Positions 18,452 to 26,685 of a stretch of DNA of 64,000 bases are shown one piece after another. A program made the position numbers and the translations under genes. The stretch's first letter is position 1; each line of letters begins with the position of its first letter. Source of the DNA: Candidatus Woesearchaeota archaeon. GTDB taxonomy: Archaea; Nanobdellota; Nanobdellia; SCGC-AAA011-G17; PNOQ01. The DNA lies in assembly GCA_964471565.1 (NCBI GenBank), contig CAYYFK010000001.1, forward strand, positions 36,692-100,691, in the 5' to 3' direction. The notes below the pieces were generated by a model. It was not told the DNA's origin, searched no databases, and worked only from the letters and a program-made list of their open reading frames with translations.

Positions 18452-19849
18452 GTGAGGTTGATTTTATTATTAACAATTTTATTAATAATTCCAAATTCTT
18501 TAGCATCTATACAAATAACTGAAATTATGTATAACCCAGAAGGAAGCGATAATAATCACGAATACATCGAATTAATAACAAATATGAATCTAACTGGATT
18601 TATAATTCAAGATTCTTCTTCAGAAGATGTCCTAGAGTTATTAAAATACATCCCATCAAATTATTCTTTAATTGTAGAAGAAGGATTCAATCATACTGAC
18701 ATAAATGCAACAATTTATTCTGTTGGGGCAACAATAGGAAACAGCTTAAACAATGATGGAGACACAATAATAATAAAAAATCAAACTACTGTTTTTGATG
18801 CGATTCACTATTACTCTTCTTGGGGCGGAGAAAACAACGGAAATTCACTATGTATTCTTGATTACCAATGGAAAGAATGTCCAAAAACTCCTGGATATGA
18901 AAATATTGCATCTCTAAAAAATTATTCAATAGAAATAAATGAATTTTTACCAAATCCACAAGGGTATGATAACGCAGATAATCCAGAGGGAGAATGGATA
19001 GAAATAATAAATTTTGGAGAAAAAGTTGAATTAACTGGTTGTTATTTTCAAGACAATGCAAACCATAAGACGTACATAACAGACACAACCACGATTAATA
19101 CAACAATAAATAAATATCTAGTAGTGTACATTGATGGGCTATTATTAAACAATGAAGGAGTAGAAAAAATAAAATTATTCGACCCATACAATAATCTAAT
19201 AGACCAAGTTTCCTATGGCTCTTCAACAGAGGGGCTCTCTTGGTCAAAAATAAACGAAAATTGGATTCAAACAGTCCCTTCACCAAACCAAGAAAATCCA
19301 GAAAACAAAACATATTTAGAATCAAGTATAAAAATAGAAAAAGTTTATCTAGGAACAGACTATAAGGCAAAGTTTGGAGATAATCTTAGGGTAAAATTAG
19401 AAATATATAAAGGAAACACAACAAAAAATTCTATATCTATGTGGATAGAAAAAAACAACGAACCAGTCAGTAAAAGAACAAGATTCAGCATAGAGAAAAA
19501 ATACGAAGATACTCCAATAACTATACCAATTCAAATATTTCCAAATTGCAACGAGAAACTTGAAGATGGCCGGTACCACATAAAAGTAGAAGGTTTAGAT
19601 AGAACAGATAGTCAAGAAATAAAAATAGAAGGAATAACAAAAAACCTATGTGAAGAAGTAAAATGTTCATCAGAGAAGATTTTCAAAGAATCATGTTCCG
19701 AAAATAATATAAACCCTTCATCTTCCACAGTAAATGAAATTATTTATGAATCAACAAACAAAAAAACAGACAGAATTGCAGTATATCTCCTCTGTTTAAC
19801 GTTGGTTTTTATAATAATACAATTAACTACAGAAAAATGGAAAAAATAA
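18452..19849 (+). CDS. Surface protein with two lamin-tail (LTD) domains and a C-terminal TM anchor
   Basis: IQITEIMYNPEGSDNNHEYIELIT and IEINEFLPNPQGYDNADNPEGEWIEIINFG (LTD signature). C-terminal AVYLLCLTLVFIIIQL. Confidence 0.6.
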   Translation: MRLILLLTILLIIPNSLASIQITEIMYNPEGSDNNHEYIELITNMNLTGFIIQDSSSEDVLELLKYIPSNYSLIVEEGFNHTDINATIYSVGATIGNSLNNDGDTIIIKNQTTVFDAIHYYSSWGGENNGNSLCILDYQWKECPKTPGYENIASLKNYSIEINEFLPNPQGYDNADNPEGEWIEIINFGEKVELTGCYFQDNANHKTYITDTTTINTTINKYLVVYIDGLLLNNEGVEKIKLFDPYNNLIDQVSYGSSTEGLSWSKINENWIQTVPSPNQENPENKTYLESSIKIEKVYLGTDYKAKFGDNLRVKLEIYKGNTTKNSISMWIEKNNEPVSKRTRFSIEKKYEDTPITIPIQIFPNCNEKLEDGRYHIKVEGLDRTDSQEIKIEGITKNLCEEVKCSSEKIFKESCSENNINPSSSTVNEIIYESTNKKTDRIAVYLLCLTLVFIIIQLTTEKWKK

Positions 19850-20292
19850 AAATAAATACAATTATTGAAATTGCAGGCGCACCAGTAGAACATGTAAAAG
19901 GAACCATAGATAAAATGATGGACATCCTTAAAAAAAATGAAAAAATAGAGATAATCAAACAAGAGATAGCTTCTCCAAAGAAAAATGAAGTAGCTCATCC
20001 AAATGACCCAAAACAAAAAGTAGAGGTATTTTCATCGTTCGCAGAATTAGAGTTAGACTTTCCAAACTTTGATGAATTATTACAATTTTGTTTTGTATTT
20101 ATGCCCTCATCAATAGAAATTGTAGAGCCACAAGAAATAAAAATAAAGCAAAAAGATTTGGAAAATCCATTAAATGATCTATTAGCTAAATTACATAATC
20201 AAGCAAGAGTTATAATGGAGTATGATGCTTTAAGAAAACAAATAATGGCAATGCAACAACAAAAAGCTAATTCTTCTCAAAAGGAAGATTAG
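19837..20292 (+). CDS. Hypothetical cytoplasmic protein
   Basis: 151-aa ORF with no recognisable motif. Coding-like composition, overlaps neighbour by 13 nt. Confidence 0.4.
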   Translation: MEKIKINTIIEIAGAPVEHVKGTIDKMMDILKKNEKIEIIKQEIASPKKNEVAHPNDPKQKVEVFSSFAELELDFPNFDELLQFCFVFMPSSIEIVEPQEIKIKQKDLENPLNDLLAKLHNQARVIMEYDALRKQIMAMQQQKANSSQKED

Positions 20293-21502
20293 TATTTCTT
20301 TTTGATTTTTTATATTTTATTAAAATTAAAACTGCGAGAACTATAACAAAGGCCAATATTCCAAAAAGAAGAGACTTATTACTACTGGGCGCATCTGGTT
20401 CTTTCTCTTCCCTAGAATTATTAATTTGGGGAGTAGTATCATTTATAGGTTGTTCTCCAGCCGACAAAATATTAATCATAATATCAATGCTATCATAAAC
20501 CTCATCATTATATTTAACTTCAAGATTTCCTTCATAAACTCCACTTTCTCCTTTTTTGTCTTCATTGACATAAAAATGATTTACAATTTCCTTTCCTGCC
20601 ACAATAGTTTCAACATTAGCAAACTCTAAGTCAATTATATCAGCAAGATTTCCAGTCAACTCAAAATTCACATCATTCAAATCCTGATTAAAATCATTAA
20701 ATACCTTAACAAACCCAGAATCACTTTCGCCAAGCATTAAATCCGCATCAAACCCCCTTTGAATAAATACAAGTCCCCCAACAGCTTGAGTTTCATTGGT
20801 AATATTGATAGGTTCAGAAACATTTTCTTCTTCAGAAATAACAATTCCCTCTATAAATATAGGAATGGAGTAAGATAAATTTTCATGGCCCATATAAATA
20901 AAAGATTCTGACTTGTTTGCAAAAGAAGAAGAGACATAAAACTTAACAACCCTAGACGAACCAGAATTTAAAGAAAAGTAATCATAATTAGTAAAAATAA
21001 AATTGTCCAAAAAAGAGATATTTACAAAGGCAGTTTCTTCAGACGGATTATTCAATTCTATTTCAAACCAATTGCTATTTTCTAAATTAACATTAACCAA
21101 CGCAGGACTAATAGTAAAAACAGGTCCTTCTAAACTAGTTATATCCAAATTAAAAAACTGATCCTCTTCTACTAAAACATTATTATCCACATAAAGAACA
21201 TTTTCTATAACGAAATCATAGTTCCCACTATCTAAATCAACAGGCAAATCAAAATAAAAATAAGTATAATTTTCAAAGTCCACTAAGACTGGATAAATAT
21301 CAAAAGTTGATCCATTAAAGCCCATATAGAAATCATTTGATCTAATTACATCATCAAAGGATTCATCAAAAAATATTTTTCCTTGAACCGTCTCTCCAGA
21401 AAAATATGAGCTTTTTTCAAATTCTAAAGTTAGGGGGGCAGCAAAAGAAAAATTGCAAAAAATAATTGCAAAAAAAACTAAAACTAATATTCGAAGATTC
21501 AT
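20267..21502 (-). CDS. Secreted surface protein, C-terminal TM anchor
   Basis: Signal MNLRILVLVFFAIIFCNFSFA. C-terminal LLFGILAFVIVLAVLILIKYKKSKR. N-glycosylation sequon-rich. Confidence 0.55.
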   Translation of the reverse strand: MNLRILVLVFFAIIFCNFSFAAPLTLEFEKSSYFSGETVQGKIFFDESFDDVIRSNDFYMGFNGSTFDIYPVLVDFENYTYFYFDLPVDLDSGNYDFVIENVLYVDNNVLVEEDQFFNLDITSLEGPVFTISPALVNVNLENSNWFEIELNNPSEETAFVNISFLDNFIFTNYDYFSLNSGSSRVVKFYVSSSFANKSESFIYMGHENLSYSIPIFIEGIVISEEENVSEPINITNETQAVGGLVFIQRGFDADLMLGESDSGFVKVFNDFNQDLNDVNFELTGNLADIIDLEFANVETIVAGKEIVNHFYVNEDKKGESGVYEGNLEVKYNDEVYDSIDIMINILSAGEQPINDTTPQINNSREEKEPDAPSSNKSLLFGILAFVIVLAVLILIKYKKSKRNTNLPFEKN

Positions 21503-21503
21503 T

Positions 21504-23249
21504 TTATTTTTTCAAAACGTCTCTTGCCTTCTTCAAAGATTCCTCCAATTCTTTTTCTAGTTTTGAGTCTCTCCTAGCAAGATTTGGATTCGTAGCTGGT
21601 CTTTTAATTGGAACCCTCTGTCTAGTTGTCTTGAAAGGGAAAGGGCTAGCCTTTGGAGGTTGTTTTCCTCCTCTTTTTTTGCCAGAAGTTTTATCTTTGA
21701 AATATCTCATATAAACATAATAAAATATAGCAACTCCCAATAAAACAGCTAAAACAGCAACCAACCATTTCAACCAAGAACTTTTTTTCTCACACTTATT
21801 AGACGCCTTATTACATCTCTCTCCATCTCCACAATCATCATCATCCACACATTCTTCATCATCATAATCATCGTCATCTCCATCATCATCACCATCATCC
21901 TCTCCACAATAATCTAAACAATCCATACGACAACTAGAGCAACTTTCTCCACCAAGTCTATCACAAAATCCATCACCACAAGGATCCTCATCTGGGTCTT
22001 GAGGATTGCCTGTTTCATTAGTTTCACTTTCTAAAACACATTCACATGAATCTATACATATTTCTCCAAGCGTTACATTACAATGGGTATCAACTTCACA
22101 ATCTTCTTCATCATCCATGTATCCATCGCCACAGTAATTTCCATCATCTACTCCGCCATCATAAGGAATATAATCTTTTCCATAAAGAACATAAAGTATA
22201 AATGCAGTATCTCTTATATTGCCATTCCAACTACCATCATCCATTTGTTGAGTGGCCAACCACTCAGAAGCATCCCTTATATTTGCACTATTTGAACTAG
22301 CTTTTTGTTTCAGTGCCAAGATTGCCAAAGCAGTATATTCTTCTTCACCAGCTCCTTCTTCATCAACGCCCCAACTTCCATCTGGCCACTGAGCTCCCTT
22401 TAACCAAGTAGAATACTGACCAGTATCTGAAGAATCTAATAACATATACAAAAAGGCATTTCTAGCAATATTTGATGGGCATTTAAATCTCAAATAAGGA
22501 TTTACGTATGTTTCTTCTCCAAGCTTGTCTAAAACCCAAGCAGCATAACCACTATACTCACAACTACAACTTCCTTGATTAGTCAAAAAACATCCATTTT
22601 CCAAATTCATATTTTTTCCTTGATCAAATAAATAATATTCATCACTAGTCTGCCAAATCAAAGAAGGAGAATAAGTTCCTCCTAATTCACAAGAAACATC
22701 TATATCTTCATTAATTCCCACTAAACTTATACAACTCTCAAAATCTATCCAATTTGAATCTCCGCAACTAGAACTAATTTGTCCTTCAACTACACTAAAT
22801 GTATGTGTAGTACCAGTTTGATCATGATTTAAAGTACATTCTCCTTCATGGGCCGTATCAACTTGTATATACCAATTTCCTCCAGTAAAAGCCAACACAT
22901 ATTGTGTTTTTAGCCATTCTACTTCCTCTGTCATATCCTCTCCAACGTTATTTAATGCCAAAGTAGCCAAAGAGGTGTCCTTAATTGTATCCCAATATCC
23001 TCCACTATATTCCAATTCTCTCAACTTATCAATTCCTTCTGTAATATTATAATCTCCACTTCCCAAGGCCAAAACAGACAATGCTACTTCATCAACATTC
23101 TCATTCCACGAACTAGAATTCATTTGTTCATATAACCACTCATAGGCTTGAGTTTTATTAATTTCAGAACTAGTAGCAGCATTAGCAGAGCTAGCTAAAA
23201 GAATAACAAAAAATACCAATAAGAATACACTATTCCCTCTTTTCTTCAT
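21504..23249 (-). CDS. Type I membrane surface protein with prenyltransferase/alpha-alpha-toroid-like repeats, CGDG Cys modules and poly-acidic tract
   Basis: Signal peptide. Repeats such as GGYWDTIKDTSLATLAL and DDGSWNGNIRDTAFILYVLY. YCGDGYMDDEEDC and PCGDGFCDRLGGESC. DDGDDDGDDDDYDDEE. TM segment then basic tail. Confidence 0.5.
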   Translation of the reverse strand: MKKRGNSVFLLVFFVILLASSANAATSSEINKTQAYEWLYEQMNSSSWNENVDEVALSVLALGSGDYNITEGIDKLRELEYSGGYWDTIKDTSLATLALNNVGEDMTEEVEWLKTQYVLAFTGGNWYIQVDTAHEGECTLNHDQTGTTHTFSVVEGQISSSCGDSNWIDFESCISLVGINEDIDVSCELGGTYSPSLIWQTSDEYYLFDQGKNMNLENGCFLTNQGSCSCEYSGYAAWVLDKLGEETYVNPYLRFKCPSNIARNAFLYMLLDSSDTGQYSTWLKGAQWPDGSWGVDEEGAGEEEYTALAILALKQKASSNSANIRDASEWLATQQMDDGSWNGNIRDTAFILYVLYGKDYIPYDGGVDDGNYCGDGYMDDEEDCEVDTHCNVTLGEICIDSCECVLESETNETGNPQDPDEDPCGDGFCDRLGGESCSSCRMDCLDYCGEDDGDDDGDDDDYDDEECVDDDDCGDGERCNKASNKCEKKSSWLKWLVAVLAVLLGVAIFYYVYMRYFKDKTSGKKRGGKQPPKASPFPFKTTRQRVPIKRPATNPNLARRDSKLEKELEESLKKARDVLKK

Positions 23250-23287
23250 ATAGAAGAAATAAGGGTAAATTATTTAAAAAAGTTTCT

Positions 23288-23896
23288 ATGAAGATAATTA
23301 TGCAAATATCAAATATAAAAGAGATAGAATACCTAGCAAAAGGAAAAAGAGGCATTATTTACACTGGAATGTTAAATGGAGAGAAAGTTTCGATAAAGAA
23401 AAAACACCCAGACTCCGAAGCAATTGGTAGAATAAAAAACGAAGCAAAGTTCCTCAAAATATTAAATAAATATGATGTAGGTCCAAAATTAGTAAAAACT
23501 GGGAAAGATTTTATAGTTTATATTTATGTAGAAGGAGATTTTCTACCAGAATTTCTTGAAAAAGAAAAAAGCAAAGAGAAAAAGAGAAAAGTTTTAGTTT
23601 CTATTTTAAAAAAAGCGAGAACATTAGATAAATTAAAAATAAATAAATTAGAATTTACACGACCATTAAAACATATTTTAATTAAATATCCTAAAGTTAC
23701 TATTCTAGATTTTGAAAGATGTTATTATACAGAACATCCAAAAAATGTTACCCAATTTTCCCAATACCTAATTAAAAATAATTTAATGGAAAATGACATT
23801 AAAGTTTTTCAAAATTATAAAGAAAATCAAACAGAAAAAAACTTTAAAGAAATTTTAAAATTAATAAAAAAGAAAAAGAAATTAAAGGTAGAATGA
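23288..23896 (+). CDS. Small protein-kinase-fold protein (Bud32/RIO-like, atypical catalytic loop)
   Basis: AKGKRGIIYTG...VSIKKK (Gly loop plus VAIK-like Lys), YIYVEGDFL hinge, ILDFE (DFG-like). No HxD catalytic loop seen. Confidence 0.35.
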   Translation: MKIIMQISNIKEIEYLAKGKRGIIYTGMLNGEKVSIKKKHPDSEAIGRIKNEAKFLKILNKYDVGPKLVKTGKDFIVYIYVEGDFLPEFLEKEKSKEKKRKVLVSILKKARTLDKLKINKLEFTRPLKHILIKYPKVTILDFERCYYTEHPKNVTQFSQYLIKNNLMENDIKVFQNYKENQTEKNFKEILKLIKKKKKLKVE

Positions 23897-24682
23897 AAAA
23901 GCAAACTCCTCATTCTCAAGGTACAAATCTGGTTCATGGATAACCATGTAATTTCCCACTTGGATTTCTTCTTCACATTTCCCATAGTAGCCTCCTTCTC
24001 CGCACTCACCACTTCCTTCTATATTCCAGATGTATAACTCATCAGCCTCGGATGTGTCCGGATGGTATCCAAAGTAGTTAAATGCACTAACATCACATTT
24101 ACCAGTTGACATCCATCTCAAAAGAACCAAATGGTCACCAGTCAAATCTTCTCCACCAATATTAATTTGTCCTTCAAAAGGATTATACCATACCTGAGCC
24201 GATTCTCCATTTCCTGTGGCAGGAATTATTTTGAAATTCATGCCAAAATATTCTTGGAATACTCCATCAGAGTCTTCATAATAGATTGGTCCCCACAGTC
24301 CCCTTACACTAGTTGGAACAACAATAACAACCCTTCCAGTCTCAAAAGATCCAACTTTGAACCCTTTATCCTGACTTTCCCATCCGATTGCAGTAAATTC
24401 TAGAACATCTTTTTCTATACTACTACCACTACCATCATAGATGTCATAATGTTCCTTTATTTCAATACGATAAGGATATTCGGTAACACATGAACCACAA
24501 TCCTCCTCACAAACCTGACAGGTTTCATCAAAATCACAATTACCATCACCACAATAAGGGCCACCGCCTCCGCCGCCTCCGCCGCCCATATACCGAATAT
24601 TACTCTTTTCTGGCAGCTCAGCACAACTAGAAACAAATAAAGCTCCAACTAAAAACAATGCTATAAAAATAAATTTTTTCAT
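23882..24682 (-). CDS. Secreted protein with lipobox-like signal, Gly9 tract and CGDG Cys module
   Basis: LFVSSC lipobox-like. MGGGGGGGGGPYCGDGNCDFDETCQVCEEDCGSC. Confidence 0.5.
   Translation of the reverse strand: MKKFIFIALFLVGALFVSSCAELPEKSNIRYMGGGGGGGGGPYCGDGNCDFDETCQVCEEDCGSCVTEYPYRIEIKEHYDIYDGSGSSIEKDVLEFTAIGWESQDKGFKVGSFETGRVVIVVPTSVRGLWGPIYYEDSDGVFQEYFGMNFKIIPATGNGESAQVWYNPFEGQINIGGEDLTGDHLVLLRWMSTGKCDVSAFNYFGYHPDTSEADELYIWNIEGSGECGEGGYYGKCEEEIQVGNYMVIHEPDLYLENEEFAFSFYL
24558..24588 (-). repeat. GGN-codon simple repeat encoding the Gly9 tract
   Basis: ccaccgcctccgccgcctccgccgcc inside the CDS. GC-rich island in an AT-rich genome. Confidence 0.7.
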
Positions 24683-24736
24683 TATATCACCTCAATTATT
24701 ATTAATTAAAAAAAGAAACTTACATATATATATATG

Positions 24737-25549
24737 TTACGATTTAAGCTTATAACACTCTTCCTTCATAGTGCACCTTGCACATTTATTTCGATTCTTA
24801 ACAAAGGATGGCAACTTGCCATCTAAACACTTATCTATACTATCCAAAATAGTAGAAACATAATCGCCAATGAATTCATTATTCTGAACCAATCTTCTCT
24901 CTTCAGATTCCAAATAATTAACAAACCCATGTTTTACTTTCTTACCAAAATTTCCTTCCGCAAGAATCATATAGCTCTCAACCTGAAGTCTATCTCCTGG
25001 CCAAACTCCTTCAGTTGGACCCTTACTCGTTTTCAACTCAATTGGAACAATATGTTCTGGATAAATTTCAATTCTATCTACAGTTCCTTTCAACATATTA
25101 TTTTCAAGTCTTACCCAACTAAGATATTTAGGAAATAATTCCTTCCATAGTTCTTCAGAATAAATTTTTCTTCTAATCATAAAATTGAAAATATTATTGG
25201 CTCTAAAATTTACTTCCTTAAGAATAATTGGCCAAACTTCATGAAAAAAATCGGCCACTCCACATCCAATTTTTAACAAGCTTTCTCCTCCCTCTTCGAT
25301 AATTTCGTTAGCAATTTCATAATATTTTCTTCTAAACACCATTTGGATTTCGTCTAATTTTTTAAAACTCTTTATTGATTTAACGATTTCTTCATCAACA
25401 GAATTAATTTTGTCAAATATTCTATATTTCAAATCAGATTTAATTGGCATTTTATCTTCAAAAACACCAATTTTTCTAGTTTGTTCTAAGTAAAGCTTTC
25501 TTTTACAATACAAGTAAGTAGAGATCCAACTAATTGGCATAGGTCTCAT
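24737..25549 (-). CDS. Cas4-like (DUF83/RecB-family) PD-(D/E)xK nuclease, stand-alone
   Basis: N-terminal YLYCKRKLYLEQ (conserved Cys). DRIE...IVPIELKTSK core. C-terminal CARCTMKEEC Cys cluster (4Fe-4S ligands). Confidence 0.6.
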   Translation of the reverse strand: MRPMPISWISTYLYCKRKLYLEQTRKIGVFEDKMPIKSDLKYRIFDKINSVDEEIVKSIKSFKKLDEIQMVFRRKYYEIANEIIEEGGESLLKIGCGVADFFHEVWPIILKEVNFRANNIFNFMIRRKIYSEELWKELFPKYLSWVRLENNMLKGTVDRIEIYPEHIVPIELKTSKGPTEGVWPGDRLQVESYMILAEGNFGKKVKHGFVNYLESEERRLVQNNEFIGDYVSTILDSIDKCLDGKLPSFVKNRNKCARCTMKEECYKLKS

Positions 25550-25580
25550 ATTAATAGGGAAGTTATCAAAAACTTATAAA

Positions 25581-26666
25581 TCATTCCAAAACGTATATTT
25601 CTCTCTCAATAATACTCTTTTTGTCCTTATAGACTATTGGAAATTTAATATCATCTACTCTTGCTATTTTAAATCCAGATTTTTTAAAAAAAGAATTTAT
25701 TTCCAATTTATATTTTTGCCTATTTGAAGCTTTAAAGATTGGCATCACTATAGCCAATTTACCATTTTTCTTTAACATTTTTTTCAGATTAATAAAAAAA
25801 GGTTCATATAACTCATTTAATTCTTTAACAACTTCAACAACTTCCTCTTTCCTTGGATAACTCTTAAAATAAGGTCCCAAATAAGGTTCACTGGCCACAC
25901 AATCAAATGAATTTTCCTTAAAATACTTATCAACTTTTGAAGAATCTCCGAGGACAATATTATAATCTTTCTTAGAAATAGAATTTAGATTTTTCAGCGC
26001 CTTTTTTCTAATCTCCTTATCTATTTCAACTCCGCTACAAGTTATTCCTTGTAAAACACATTCTTCTAACAAAACTCCCATGCCGCAAAAAGGATCTAAC
26101 AGGATCTTTCCTTTCTTCCCCCCAGCAAGATTAATTAAAATTTTAGCCAACCTAATTGACATATTTCTTTTAAAATCATTATATGGCCTTTCGTTATCTC
26201 TTTTTTTATACTCTTTAGGATTAGAAACCTGGAAAGTCCTTCCAACATATTTATCACAAACAACAAACTCTAAAACACCATTCAATTCTCTTGGTGTAAA
26301 GTGGGTTTCTTTGGGTTTTTTTCTTGTTGCTTTTATTTTTTGAAATTTAAACCACTTAGATATATACGCTTCAAACTTTTCAAAAATTTTATCACTTCCA
26401 TACGCACTGATGGCATAATTAAGTTTATTCTTGCTTCCCAAATAAAAATCTATGTCTTTAATTTCGTTCTCAAGTATAACTTCAGCTATCTTAATAGTTC
26501 CTCCAAGTTTAGATATGTCTACATCGAATTTATCAAAAGAAAAAATAGCAATATTTTTCTCATAATATTCTAATTTATATTTCAAATTAAAATTCTTAAA
26601 ATAACTAATTAATTCAGCATAAGATAGTTCCGGATCCCTTCCTAAAACAAAAATATATTTCTTCAT
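25581..26666 (-). CDS. N2-guanine RNA methyltransferase, Trm11/TrmG10-like
   Basis: LDPFCGMGVLLEECVLQG (DPFCG motif I), EPYLGPY (DPPY-like motif IV). N-terminus FVLGRDPELSYAEL resembles the Trm11 N-domain. Confidence 0.5.
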   Translation of the reverse strand: MKKYIFVLGRDPELSYAELISYFKNFNLKYKLEYYEKNIAIFSFDKFDVDISKLGGTIKIAEVILENEIKDIDFYLGSKNKLNYAISAYGSDKIFEKFEAYISKWFKFQKIKATRKKPKETHFTPRELNGVLEFVVCDKYVGRTFQVSNPKEYKKRDNERPYNDFKRNMSIRLAKILINLAGGKKGKILLDPFCGMGVLLEECVLQGITCSGVEIDKEIRKKALKNLNSISKKDYNIVLGDSSKVDKYFKENSFDCVASEPYLGPYFKSYPRKEEVVEVVKELNELYEPFFINLKKMLKKNGKLAIVMPIFKASNRQKYKLEINSFFKKSGFKIARVDDIKFPIVYKDKKSIIEREIYVLE

Positions 26667-26685
26667 AAAAAAATAGGCCCTTTAT

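Noticed and set aside
24558-24588. GC-rich short tandem repeat considered as a possible CRISPR or regulatory repeat
   Set aside because: It is a GGN codon repeat encoding Gly9 within a CDS. No spacer-repeat periodicity exists anywhere in the window, so I call no CRISPR array.
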